Shown here: positions 1 to 8,448 of the stretch, piece after piece
How the letters are laid out: the number at the start of each line of letters is the position of its first letter
How positions within the stretch are numbered: the stretch's first letter is position 1
Assembly (NCBI GenBank): GCA_052034235.1
Contig: JBPOIT010000009.1
Location: 136,203 to 200,202 of the forward strand
Source of the DNA: Candidatus Levyibacteriota bacterium
Lineage (GTDB): Bacteria > Patescibacteriota > Microgenomatia > Levybacterales > UBA12049
DNA length: 64,000 nucleotides
Direction of reading: 5' to 3'
Position numbers and translations under genes: made by a program
The notes under the pieces: generated by a model
Seen by the model: only the letters and a program-made list of their open reading frames with translations
What the model was told of the DNA's origin: nothing
The model's database searches: none

Positions 1-142
1 GATTAGAATTGCTAAAGAAGGTTCAGGTCATTCAGAATACACTTCATCAGTGATTAAAACTGCACGTGATTTCGAAGTAAAAGAAAAAGATAAAAAAATT
101 ATTATCCTATCAAATGACAAGATTTTTGAAATAAACCTCTAG
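1..142 (+). CDS. 3' end of a partial gene running in from the upstream window; unknown product
   Basis: Open frame from window edge to TAG at 140-142 (IRIAKEGSGHSEYTSSVIKTARDFEVKEKDKKIIILSNDKIFEINL*); too short to assign. Confidence 0.3.
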   Translation, partial: IRIAKEGSGHSEYTSSVIKTARDFEVKEKDKKIIILSNDKIFEINL

Positions 143-192
143 CACAACACTGGCTGTTTGTTTTTACTCACGTTTTCAAGTATCATAAAGGC

Positions 193-633
193 ATGAAAAT
201 CCTTAATAAAAAAGCAGGTTTTGATTATCAATTGCTTGAATCCTTTGAAGCAGGTATTCATCTATTTGGAGCAGAAGTAAAAGCAGCAAGAGCTGGCAAT
301 ATTGATTTGCATGGGAGTTTTGCCAGAATTATCGGTAGTGAGATCTATTTACTTAACGCAAAAATCCTTCCGTATAAATTTGCACGTCCTGAATCTTTTG
401 ATGCCACACGTACACGAAAATTACTTCTGCATAAAAAACAAATCGTCTCTTTAAAGTCAAAAATTATCGGAGCGAATTTGACAATAGTGCCTGTTTCCAT
501 GTATACTAAGGGCAATCTAATCAAGCTCGAGCTAGCCTTGGCGAAGTCTCGAAAAAAGTTTGAAAAGAAAGAGCTTCTTAAGAAGCAGGACCTTGACAGA
601 GAAATAGCAGAATCGTTAAAAGGAAACTACTAA
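193..633 (+). CDS. smpB: SsrA-binding protein SmpB
   Basis: 146 aa; SmpB-like motifs (KKAGFDYQLLESFEAGIHLFGAEVKA...FDATRTRKLLLHKKQI); directly upstream of the tmRNA gene. Confidence 0.9.
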   Translation: MKILNKKAGFDYQLLESFEAGIHLFGAEVKAARAGNIDLHGSFARIIGSEIYLLNAKILPYKFARPESFDATRTRKLLLHKKQIVSLKSKIIGANLTIVPVSMYTKGNLIKLELALAKSRKKFEKKELLKKQDLDREIAESLKGNY

Positions 634-698
634 CCGATTCGTCATTCACCTAGGTTTTACGAGTAAAAGGGATACATCCCTGAAGCTCGCAGAGCGTA

Positions 699-1122
699 GG
701 GGGATGACTTGATTCGACGGGAGAAGTACTTTAAAATTGCAAGCCGACGATGATTCATAGTCGTTAAAAAGGATCAAAAAATAAATGCTAAATCTAGCAT
801 TACAAGCCTAGATGAGAAGCTCGCTAAGCTTCAAGCTCAGTGGGACGCTCTTAATCAAGGCGGCCAACGCGCTTACGCACTCGCTGCTTAAGCCGTAAAG
901 CCAGTTCATACATGTCTTTCCTTATCGGGACAGTAGGGGCTAAAAAACAGGTGAGGAAAACTGTAAAAAGTCAGGTTACGCTTTTTACTGTACACAGTAG
1001 CCTATACTTTGTTATTCCGTCCGACAGGAAACGGCAAAGCGAATTCTAAGAGTCGGATAAGCTTGTAGACGTTTTACATTATCTCTATCCGGACTCCGGT
1101 TCATAACCGGACATCTCCACAC
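699..1122 (+). ncRNA. ssrA: tmRNA (ssrA), not in the ORF track
   Basis: 5' GGGGGATGACTTGATTCGACGGG matches the canonical tmRNA 5' tRNA-like end. 3' T-arm TCCGG-TTCATAA-CCGGA (1094-1110) and acceptor 3' strand CATCTCC (1112-1118) pair with 5' GGGGATG including a G3:U wobble (alanine identity). Internal tag frame ends ...GGQRAYALAA-TAA at 889-891. Confidence 0.85.
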
Positions 1123-2632
1123 TTCCGTTTTTAGCCTGTCCTATTTCGCTAATTAGCTTGACAGGATAGGCTAAAGATGCGGTTCCAAACCCCAAATTAT
1201 AATCGTACCGCAGTTCTTCCTCAAAATACATAAAAAGTATCGCTTTTTTATCGTTGTAGTTATCACTTTTCCACATATCAACAGGCTTTTTTAATGTGTT
1301 AAACACTTTTTCCGAGGCGGTTCCAAACTGTTCTGGGGTGTAACTTTGTTTCAATAAACTCTGCTCTATTTGGTCTTCAGTTTTTACTAATTCTTTAATT
1401 TGTGACTCATACGTACTGATTAATGTCTCATCTTTTGTCTTTCTTGCTCTAGCAGCATACCATTCAATACTCTCCTTTGTTTCTACAAGCTCGGAAGAAA
1501 GTCGTGTTCGATATTCTGTATCCTGCGTCACTCGCTGTTCCCATTGTTCCTGCAATAGGTCCTTAGTTATATCAACATATCCATCTAAAGGCTTTACTCT
1601 CAATAACAACTGTTCAAACTCAGGCTCAATTTTATATTTCCTAACAACCTTCCAACGATAAGGACACTTTTCTGTGCGGCAAAAGTAATTAGGATAATAA
1701 ATACTGCGCCCCTTATTCCAGCTTGCAGTCATAGCCTTACCACAGGCAGCACAAAGCACCCAAGGACGCAAAGGAAAGTCTTTAGAATAATCTTTTCGTT
1801 GCCATGGCTTGGTACGCCCACCCAATCGCTCTTGCACGATCTTGTAGGTCTCAATCGTTATAAACCCCTCATGCTTAGCTTTCATAAGAGGAATGTTCCA
1901 TTTTGGATAAGCAATGTATCCTGCATAGAGGGGATTTTTCAATATCTCTACTGTGGTACTTAATGATGGTCTGTTGGGTAAACCTGCAATCTCATATTGT
2001 TTATGAAGTTCTTGTCTAACTTCCTCCTGAGTAAGCAAAATCCCATCACGATATTTTTCTATTGCATCTTTAAATATAGCTGCATGTGGTTCTACAGGAG
2101 CTAATATCTTCCCATGGAGTGGCTCTCTTTTGTTTTTTAAAGCTGTTGGTGGCATAAAGGACCAATAGCCTCTTTCTAACCTAGCTTTCATTTTTTGAAT
2201 TACTTGCCTTCTATTTTGATTCCTTTCCAGTTGAGCAGTTGCGGCCATTACAGTCTCAACAAATTCTCCTTCGGGTGATTCTTCAAAACGAAAGTTAGGA
2301 CTTTCGACTCTTCCATTTCTTCCATATATCTCACTTTTTAGTTTAAAATGAACCTGTGTATCTCTAGCGAAGCGCTTTAGATCATCAAAGATAACAACAA
2401 CTCTTTCATTGAGATTACCTGAATCATTTTGTTCCAAGCAGACAAGCAACCGCTTCATAGCGGGTCTATCAAATAATCCCCCTGATTTCCCTTCATCTCG
2501 AAAAACATCAATAATCTGATACCCAGCATCTGCTGCATATTTCCTACAACGTTGTTCTTGGCTACCTAAACCATCACCTTCTTTTACTTGTCTTTCAGAA
2601 GACACCCTGCAATAAATAACTGCCTTTGTCAT
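1085..2632 (-). CDS. large serine recombinase/integrase (resolvase catalytic domain, recombinase domain, zinc ribbon)
   Basis: 515 aa; N-terminal IYCRVSSERQ catalytic-serine motif; Cys-rich segment LCAACGKAMT...CRTEKCPYRW; 3' end overlaps the tmRNA 3' end antisense. Confidence 0.9.
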   Translation of the reverse strand: MTKAVIYCRVSSERQVKEGDGLGSQEQRCRKYAADAGYQIIDVFRDEGKSGGLFDRPAMKRLLVCLEQNDSGNLNERVVVIFDDLKRFARDTQVHFKLKSEIYGRNGRVESPNFRFEESPEGEFVETVMAATAQLERNQNRRQVIQKMKARLERGYWSFMPPTALKNKREPLHGKILAPVEPHAAIFKDAIEKYRDGILLTQEEVRQELHKQYEIAGLPNRPSLSTTVEILKNPLYAGYIAYPKWNIPLMKAKHEGFITIETYKIVQERLGGRTKPWQRKDYSKDFPLRPWVLCAACGKAMTASWNKGRSIYYPNYFCRTEKCPYRWKVVRKYKIEPEFEQLLLRVKPLDGYVDITKDLLQEQWEQRVTQDTEYRTRLSSELVETKESIEWYAARARKTKDETLISTYESQIKELVKTEDQIEQSLLKQSYTPEQFGTASEKVFNTLKKPVDMWKSDNYNDKKAILFMYFEEELRYDYNLGFGTASLAYPVKLISEIGQAKNGSVEMSGYEPESG

Positions 2633-2790
2633 AAGGTCTTTTCTCCTTCGTGGATGGCTGAATCAATAGCTCTATTACAGAGAGTTCGAAGTGTATTAAG
2701 TAGGTTATTTAGCTCTTCATCCGTCATCTTTTCTGCTCTTTTGCCTAACTTTTGGCGAGCATATTCAATTGTGATTGTATTCTTAGTCAT
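2629..2790 (-). CDS. small 53-aa ORF translationally coupled to the integrase; possible Xis/RDF-like or regulatory protein
   Basis: Minus-strand ORF MTKNTITIEYARQKLGKRAEKMTDEELNNLLNTLRTLCNRAIDSAIHEGEKTL; its TGA stop overlaps the integrase ATG (ATGA); below the ORF-track size cutoff. Confidence 0.35.
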   Translation of the reverse strand: MTKNTITIEYARQKLGKRAEKMTDEELNNLLNTLRTLCNRAIDSAIHEGEKTL

Positions 2791-2874
2791 AGCCAGCAAT
2801 TGCAGTGAGTGCTGGCATTTCCAAGAGTATTCCTCTAAAGCCCTAGTCTACGTGTAGCTAGATTTCACAATTAA

Positions 2875-3180
2875 TTATTTTCCTAAAATTTCATTCTCTA
2901 AGAACTCTGCAAGTTCTTTTTTATTTACAATTTCTTCATTGATTTTCCACCTAAGTCTTCCGTCCTGATCTCTTCCTGCTGGAACAATAATAGGTTCATC
3001 AGGAAACTTCATTCTTCTTAATGTACTGATTTGTCCTTTCAGTTCCGACTCTGCTGTACTGGTAGAATCCGAAATCTCATTTAATTCCAAAGCAACTGCA
3101 CCAGTTACTGCCAACGTGTGAAGAAAGGAGAGGAGGTCTATTCTAAGATGTCGTAATTTATCTTTAGTCTGTTTATCCAT
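2875..3180 (-). CDS. hypothetical protein (island cargo)
   Basis: 101-aa ORF with no recognisable motif. Confidence 0.4.
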   Translation of the reverse strand: MDKQTKDKLRHLRIDLLSFLHTLAVTGAVALELNEISDSTSTAESELKGQISTLRRMKFPDEPIIVPAGRDQDGRLRWKINEEIVNKKELAEFLENEILGK

Positions 3181-3340
3181 GCACGTATTCTACAATAACA
3201 GACATATCGCGTCAAGTCGTAATCTATCGTAACCTATTGTAGGAATTAGTTTTCTAAAGCGGCTTTTTTGTTGCGTAAACTGATCTCTTTTTAGTTATGT
3301 TAGCTACAAATTTGTCTTTAGTTTCTGCAACAAATTGAAC

Positions 3341-3904
3341 CTAGGCGTTGCCTTCAGGCCTAGCAGTTGCAGGAAATGTTCTTGGTAAGTCATGGGGCAA
3401 GCCTACTCTCATGAACTGCTTGGCAAAGGCTTGTGCTAAATGCTCTCTGTAAGGAGGAAGTAATCTTACTCTCGTACCATAGGATCCCTTGAAAACTTTT
3501 AAGAATGAATAAGGAACTGTATATATCTGCTTGAGAACTACTCTTTGATAATTAAAACTGTGCCAACGATGCTGATGTTGATTAATAATTCTTGAAGCTA
3601 CAATTTCTTCTTTAACCATTGGCTCCCAGTCGCTTTCGGACATCTTTCCCCCCTGAATTTGTTCTGGAATATCAAACATAGGACATAAAACAACTGTCCC
3701 ATCGGTTCGGTTCATCTTTAACAAATCACATGATTGGGATAAAACGATGACACTTGCTGATTCTTCATCTATTGTGACGGTTTCGCCAGTCTGCGCATCA
3801 TTCGTATACCGCGGAACATATATTGGAAAGTTAAAGAAAATGTCTCCCTGCTCTAGTTGGGTATCTGCTCGTACAACTTTATACCATGGATATGTGTTTG
3901 GCAT
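3341..3904 (-). CDS. hypothetical protein, third gene of the three-gene operon
   Basis: 187 aa; 2-nt gap from the upstream gene; no recognisable family. Confidence 0.55.
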   Translation of the reverse strand: MPNTYPWYKVVRADTQLEQGDIFFNFPIYVPRYTNDAQTGETVTIDEESASVIVLSQSCDLLKMNRTDGTVVLCPMFDIPEQIQGGKMSESDWEPMVKEEIVASRIINQHQHRWHSFNYQRVVLKQIYTVPYSFLKVFKGSYGTRVRLLPPYREHLAQAFAKQFMRVGLPHDLPRTFPATARPEGNA

Positions 3905-3906
3905 TT

Positions 3907-4440
3907 TTAGTCTCCATATTCTCTGTCCTCATCTTTAACAGCAAGTGCGCCAAGTTTACCAGATTTGTTGATTCTTATACCCGACCTTACCTTAGTAAGT
4001 TTTATATATGTCATCGCATCAATTTCATAATCTTCATATAGGCGTTTTTGAGGAGTAGCAACAGGATAATCAAATGCTTTTGCAAGAGTAATATATGTGT
4101 CAAACGCGAATGGAGTAGGAGATGCTATTGTCGTAACCATTGCATAACTTCCAGCATTTCCTTCCCATTCGACCCATCCTCTTTGACGAGCTTCTGTTAC
4201 AGGTAAAGATGCAGTATGTTCGTAAGCGGTTTGTGCATCGTCAGACAAGCCAATGAGAATACTACCTCCAGAATACTGCATATGTCCCAATGGATTAACA
4301 ATCGGTGCCGTGGCTGCAAAATCAGTATGATCTTGAGAATAGGGCTGAGCATGAACAGAAGACAAACTAGAACCGATATTCTCCTTACTTGCCAAATGCT
4401 CCATATATAATTTACTGTAATCTCGATAGTCTGCTAACAT
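3907..4440 (-). CDS. hypothetical protein, second gene of the three-gene operon
   Basis: 177 aa; 2-nt gaps on both sides. Confidence 0.55.
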   Translation of the reverse strand: MLADYRDYSKLYMEHLASKENIGSSLSSVHAQPYSQDHTDFAATAPIVNPLGHMQYSGGSILIGLSDDAQTAYEHTASLPVTEARQRGWVEWEGNAGSYAMVTTIASPTPFAFDTYITLAKAFDYPVATPQKRLYEDYEIDAMTYIKLTKVRSGIRINKSGKLGALAVKDEDREYGD

Positions 4441-4442
4441 AT

Positions 4443-5246
4443 TTATTTATCGTGTTCTGCTAATGATGAAAACCACTTTTTAGCGACACCATGAGAATTG
4501 TCCAACCACTTCTTAAAAGCATCTTCATCGTAGTAGTCTGGACATTCATTGTTATTTGAAACTATTTCATTATCAAATACAATGTGCTTGATCTCTTTTT
4601 CAATCCCTTTATTGTCTTTCTCTTTCTTATATCCTGTTGCAACCCTAAGTATACCTTGTGCTTTCGGTGTTTCTAATTTAAAAACGGTCGAGAAGTTGAT
4701 ATCTTGTACAGGAGTTGTTGTTGCATCATCCGATGGAATTCCTATTGGTAGCTGGACATGATAATTTAGCTTATCTTTTAATAAAGCAAATAAATCTTCT
4801 TTCTCATCAAATAGAATTGCATTTCTGTATCGGAGTGAGATAGCTTCTGGCTTTAATTTTGTACTTTCATATGCTTTTATGAGCTTTTTTCTCAGGAATA
4901 AAGCATTGTCTAGAAATGACTTCCAGTCGTAGTTCTCCGTATAGTTTAATGTTGAGACACCAGGTCCAAGTTGAACTAAAGGCCATCCATTAATCCCTCC
5001 CGTTCTAAATTGATAGCGTGGTATAAATGGCAGGAGTTCCAACGGGGCATCGTTTTCTTTTGTAGGAACAGCCGAACTAAATCTGTCTTTAACTCCTTCT
5101 GCGAACATTCCCAAAGCAATAGGGAAAGTTACATCCTTTTGGAATGCAGGGTTTTGACTACTTTTTTCTAGCTGCCAACGTATGGATAACCATGCTTCTT
5201 GTAAGGGACTTTTTTCATCTTTTGTAGAAGACTTTTTCATATTCAT
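4443..5246 (-). CDS. hypothetical protein, first gene of the three-gene operon
   Basis: 267 aa; sigma70-like promoter immediately upstream. Confidence 0.55.
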   Translation of the reverse strand: MNMKKSSTKDEKSPLQEAWLSIRWQLEKSSQNPAFQKDVTFPIALGMFAEGVKDRFSSAVPTKENDAPLELLPFIPRYQFRTGGINGWPLVQLGPGVSTLNYTENYDWKSFLDNALFLRKKLIKAYESTKLKPEAISLRYRNAILFDEKEDLFALLKDKLNYHVQLPIGIPSDDATTTPVQDINFSTVFKLETPKAQGILRVATGYKKEKDNKGIEKEIKHIVFDNEIVSNNNECPDYYDEDAFKKWLDNSHGVAKKWFSSLAEHDK

Positions 5247-5262
5247 GTTAGTTTACAAATGT

Positions 5263-5291
5263 ATTATACAGGGAATTGTGATTTATTCCAA
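5263..5291 (-). promoter_or_regulatory. sigma70-like promoter for the 4443-5246 operon (-35 TTGGAA, 17-nt spacer, extended -10 TGTATAAT)
   Basis: Minus strand reads TTGGAAtaaatcacaattcccTGTATAAT, ending about 16 nt before the ATG; short leader with no SD. Confidence 0.4.
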
Positions 5292-5428
5292 GCCTAGCTT
5301 TACTTAACAAAACATTAAGTTGTCTTTCAAATACTCTTTTTCGGCACATGACTAATTATTCGTTTTGCCAATAATGATGAGCCAAATCGCATTGTGGGGC
5401 TTTAGAAGTGATAGTGACAACAGTCTAT

Positions 5429-6079
5429 TTAGAAGCCGTAGGAATCAACATCTTCAAACTTATCAGTGATAACACCATTGCCAGTCTTCACAATTTCATT
5501 CCCTTTCCTAACGGTGTAGGTAAACTTTGTTATGCCACTTGCCCCATGGACACTTGTTGGACCAGTATTCGCATCCATATTTACTGATGTTCCTAGCTCT
5601 GGTTCAATGGCTTTGGTTGTACTGAAAGCATCTCCAGCGATAGGGTTCTTTAGCTCACTGGTAAAAAGAGCAATGGATACGCTGCCTTCAAAGGGTTTGG
5701 TATCTTTATTCCTGATGTCAAAGAAGTATCTGTATTTGCCATCAACTTTCTTCACAATTTGACTGGTAACAACGATATTATACTTCTCAACAGGCTTAGG
5801 TGTGTTTGTTGGAGCTGCTGCATTCATACCATCTTGAAATGATTTAGCTGCAGAGTTTTGTTGACTTCCTGTGGTGGTAGCTTTATTGTCATTACTTGAT
5901 CCCACGATAAGAACAAATCCCCAAAGTGCAGCAATGACAACAAGACGTACTACCTTATTCCATTTTTGTCTCCAAATCAGACGAGTGAGATAGCCCATCA
6001 AGAAAAGCGGAAAGGACAGGACAATCAACAGAATGCCCCATTTGGTTTTATACCATTTCTTTTTCATTTCAGTACTCAT
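5429..6079 (-). CDS. membrane-anchored protein with an extracytoplasmic domain
   Basis: 216 aa; N-terminal TM helix (WGILLIVLSFPLFLMGYL and VVIAALWGFVLIV), then a Ser/Thr-rich linker and a beta-rich domain. Confidence 0.5.
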   Translation of the reverse strand: MSTEMKKKWYKTKWGILLIVLSFPLFLMGYLTRLIWRQKWNKVVRLVVIAALWGFVLIVGSSNDNKATTTGSQQNSAAKSFQDGMNAAAPTNTPKPVEKYNIVVTSQIVKKVDGKYRYFFDIRNKDTKPFEGSVSIALFTSELKNPIAGDAFSTTKAIEPELGTSVNMDANTGPTSVHGASGITKFTYTVRKGNEIVKTGNGVITDKFEDVDSYGF

Positions 6080-6144
6080 ACTCTACAGTATACCACAATA
6101 CTAGTGCAGTGTCAAAAAGAGCAGGTTGGTGTGTAATAATACCC

Positions 6145-6411
6145 ATGAATCCAAAAAATCTCGCTAACGAGAATACACCAGAAAATAGAAGAAAGGAAAA
6201 GCGTGAATTTGCTGTAGCAATTGGTAAGCATCTACGCAAGATTAGAGAAGCAAGGAATATAAGCCAAGAGCAGCTCTCTGTGAAAGCTGGATATTACCAT
6301 ACCTATGTCAATAAAATTGAGCAAGGCAAGTACTCTCCAAGTATGCACACAATATGGAGACTCTCTCATACCTTGGGGTTATCTCTGGACGATTTTTTCA
6401 GCGAGTTTTAA
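6145..6411 (+). CDS. XRE-family helix-turn-helix transcriptional regulator
   Basis: HTH_XRE signature IGKHLRKIREARNISQEQLSVKAGYYHTYVNKIEQGKYSPSMHTIWRLSHTLGLSLDDFF; internal ATG at 6145 preferred over the ORF-track start 6109; divergent from the membrane protein gene. Confidence 0.75.
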   Translation: MNPKNLANENTPENRRKEKREFAVAIGKHLRKIREARNISQEQLSVKAGYYHTYVNKIEQGKYSPSMHTIWRLSHTLGLSLDDFFSEF

Positions 6412-6487
6412 AATTGTAAGATCTTCCAATTTTCATTTTTTATCCTTAAGTCTAATAAAACCTATGGTATAAAGCCCAAACGGAGTA

Positions 6488-7276
6488 CTATTTTGGTTTT
6501 GGAATCTCTTGTGTTGCTTTAGGAGAAACAATTGATTTTCGAAAGTCCTGCAGACTTTTTTCAGCAGCTTTTATTGCCTCTTCATGTTCTTCCATTTCCT
6601 CTTTTGAATATTCTTTTGCTACCCAATCGCTTCCATTTTTCACCAAGGACATCATTTGAATGGGATCAGAAACGCCTCCAGGACTTACAGAAATAGCATG
6701 ACGTAACGTCCAAAAAGTAGCAAAGATTGCCTCATTGATATTTGGTGGACAATCACCATCCCAAAAGACTCTCCTAATAAGTCCCAAAAAGGGGTCAGCG
6801 ATAGCTTGTCCACTCCCAATACTTGCAAAAGGTAGGTCATCATTAGTTTCCTCTGGTGATCCTTGATGATCAAATTGAAACAAAGAGGATTTATGTTTTA
6901 TAGGAAGAGCTACAAGTGTGGAACATAAAGCGCTCTGTGTTGCCACGCCATTGCCCAATACCGGGGCAGAAATACGAGCTGTTTCCAGTTCAGGTAAAAT
7001 ATGATTTCTAAACTTTTGACTTATAATAGTCATTGCTTCAAAAGGAACTTTGCCAGATAAGCCTCCTGCTTGATAGAGTTTATCCATTTCACCCTTTAAT
7101 CTTTGACCCAAACCTACTGGGCCGGATACACCAACGATAATTTGATCTTGCAAAATCGAAAGTTTTTTTGTAGGCTGCATTGCGGTAGGTGTACCAAGCG
7201 CACCGAAAGTAGCAGCACCATCTGCGCCCATCACGATACTACCATCTTTACATTTTATTCCAATAATAAGAGTCAT
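6488..7276 (-). CDS. HslV/proteasome-beta family Ntn-hydrolase homolog with an ~80-aa C-terminal extension
   Basis: 262 aa; N-terminus MTLIIGIKCKDGSIVMGADGAATFG...KKLSIL...IIVGVSGPVGLG and later FASIGSGQ align with HslV [23 protein letters not shown]...KKVRRL...VIAGFAGGTADA...IAIGSGG; 8-nt gap to the upstream Panacea-like gene. Confidence 0.65.
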   Translation of the reverse strand: MTLIIGIKCKDGSIVMGADGAATFGALGTPTAMQPTKKLSILQDQIIVGVSGPVGLGQRLKGEMDKLYQAGGLSGKVPFEAMTIISQKFRNHILPELETARISAPVLGNGVATQSALCSTLVALPIKHKSSLFQFDHQGSPEETNDDLPFASIGSGQAIADPFLGLIRRVFWDGDCPPNINEAIFATFWTLRHAISVSPGGVSDPIQMMSLVKNGSDWVAKEYSKEEMEEHEEAIKAAEKSLQDFRKSIVSPKATQEIPKPK

Positions 7277-7284
7277 TCTGCCTA

Positions 7285-7758
7285 TTAATCCCTAAATACA
7301 CTATTTTTTTTGTATTCGGGGAATTCTTTATAAACTGAGGAGACAAGCTCCTGAAAAGATAAGGGAAGCATCCAATCAATCAACTGCTTTAAATATTTAG
7401 TTGCTTCCTCTGTCACCTGTTCGTGTAATTCTTTAGCTCGTTTCTTGCCGCTGCTTGTTATGTTGTATTTACGTCCAGCACTTTGGGCGGAATGAGTCTC
7501 GACATATCCTTCCTTTTTCAAAAGGTCTGCATCGTGGTATATCCCTATATCAAAAGGGCCATAATTATACGCAACAAAATGGTAGAAATCTTTGGTCTCT
7601 TTGGGCATGGCATGATGCAATAAAAATAAGGACTTTTGGAGTTTTACTGGTGTAAGGCCAGTTTTATCTGCTTCCGCAATAACTAATAAGGTCCAGTCTT
7701 TTCTCTCAATATTCATTGGGACAATTGTATCATATACGGATAACTGCCACCGGTGCAA
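7285..7758 (-). CDS. Panacea (DUF4065, PanA/SocA-like) domain protein
   Basis: 157 aa; GLTPVKLQKSLFLLHH ... FVAYNYGPFDIGIYHD resembles Panacea-domain consensus (KLQKLLYF...W.YGPV.P.VY). Confidence 0.55.
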   Translation of the reverse strand: MHRWQLSVYDTIVPMNIERKDWTLLVIAEADKTGLTPVKLQKSLFLLHHAMPKETKDFYHFVAYNYGPFDIGIYHDADLLKKEGYVETHSAQSAGRKYNITSSGKKRAKELHEQVTEEATKYLKQLIDWMLPLSFQELVSSVYKEFPEYKKNSVFRD

Positions 7759-7837
7759 CAGGGAACGAGTACATGTACTGTATGCAAATAAATGTGTAGT
7801 GCCAAAAATTACTGACTGCAGTGAAAACTTTCTGGCA

Positions 7838-8206
7838 CTACAAAAATCTTCTTATTACTTCTTTTCTGCTTTGACATTCAAGTAAGCAAGTTTTATCTCG
7901 CTCAATTATTTTATTCATCTTTGTCGTTATATTATTAACCGTATCGTAAGCCGAGATCATAGTAAAGGGGTGCTTACCAGTTTTTAAAAAATCATCCAGT
8001 CTTTTTTCATCTCTTGAAAGCGCTGCTAATAATGCTGCTGCTTCTCGTTCAGTAAATGCGAAAAGCTCAGGAACAGTTTTACATCTACCCAATTTTAGCA
8101 ATGTTTTCCTCTTTATTTTATTATCTTTGCGATAATTTGCTACAAGGTAATATAACAACCTTTCTCGTTCATGAAAAATTGATTTTTTTGTAATGATAAA
8201 TGCCAT
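7838..8206 (-). CDS. hypothetical protein
   Basis: 122-aa ORF, first gene of the minus-strand trio 8206->6488. Confidence 0.4.
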   Translation of the reverse strand: MAFIITKKSIFHERERLLYYLVANYRKDNKIKRKTLLKLGRCKTVPELFAFTEREAAALLAALSRDEKRLDDFLKTGKHPFTMISAYDTVNNITTKMNKIIERDKTCLLECQSRKEVIRRFL

Positions 8207-8363
8207 ACTATTATATTTATTTCTCTATATACCTTGTTCTATTACTTACATGTGATACTTTCTCAAGCAAATTGCCTGGATTGGAAGCTAAAATTACGTT
8301 CACTGAGGATTGGATACCATTTAAAGACATAGTCTTCAATTCGTCTCCAACTTATTTCGCCTA

Positions 8364-8404
8364 TGTCCACCAATAAAGCCGCAGTAATGCGGCTTTTTTT
8401 GTGG
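8364..8404 (+). repeat. hairpin-containing ~40-nt repeat, copy 1 (orphan terminator-like: AAAGCCGCA-GTAA-TGCGGCTTT followed by a 7-nt T-run)
   Basis: tgtccaccaataaagccgcagtaatgcggctttttttgtgg; no co-directional gene ends here; near-identical copy at 11033-11075. Confidence 0.5.
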
Positions 8405-8448
8405 ATTAGCAATACTTTACAATCAAACTGACAAAAACAAAGAGTCAC

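Larger units (their letters stand above)
1085..8404. mobile_element. putative integrated island or integrative element inserted at the ssrA 3' end; right boundary uncertain (8.4-9.7 kb)
   Basis: Serine integrase abutting and overlapping the tmRNA 3' end; cargo of uncharacterised, regulator, Panacea-like and ATPase genes is flanked by core genes (smpB/ssrA on the left, glycosylation locus on the right); no long att direct repeat found, which is expected for serine integrases. Confidence 0.45.

Noticed and set aside
2588-2857. 89-aa plus-strand ORF upstream of the integrase
   Set aside because: Low-complexity and hydrophobic-biased product; the opposite strand encodes a more plausible 53-aa ORF translationally coupled to the integrase.
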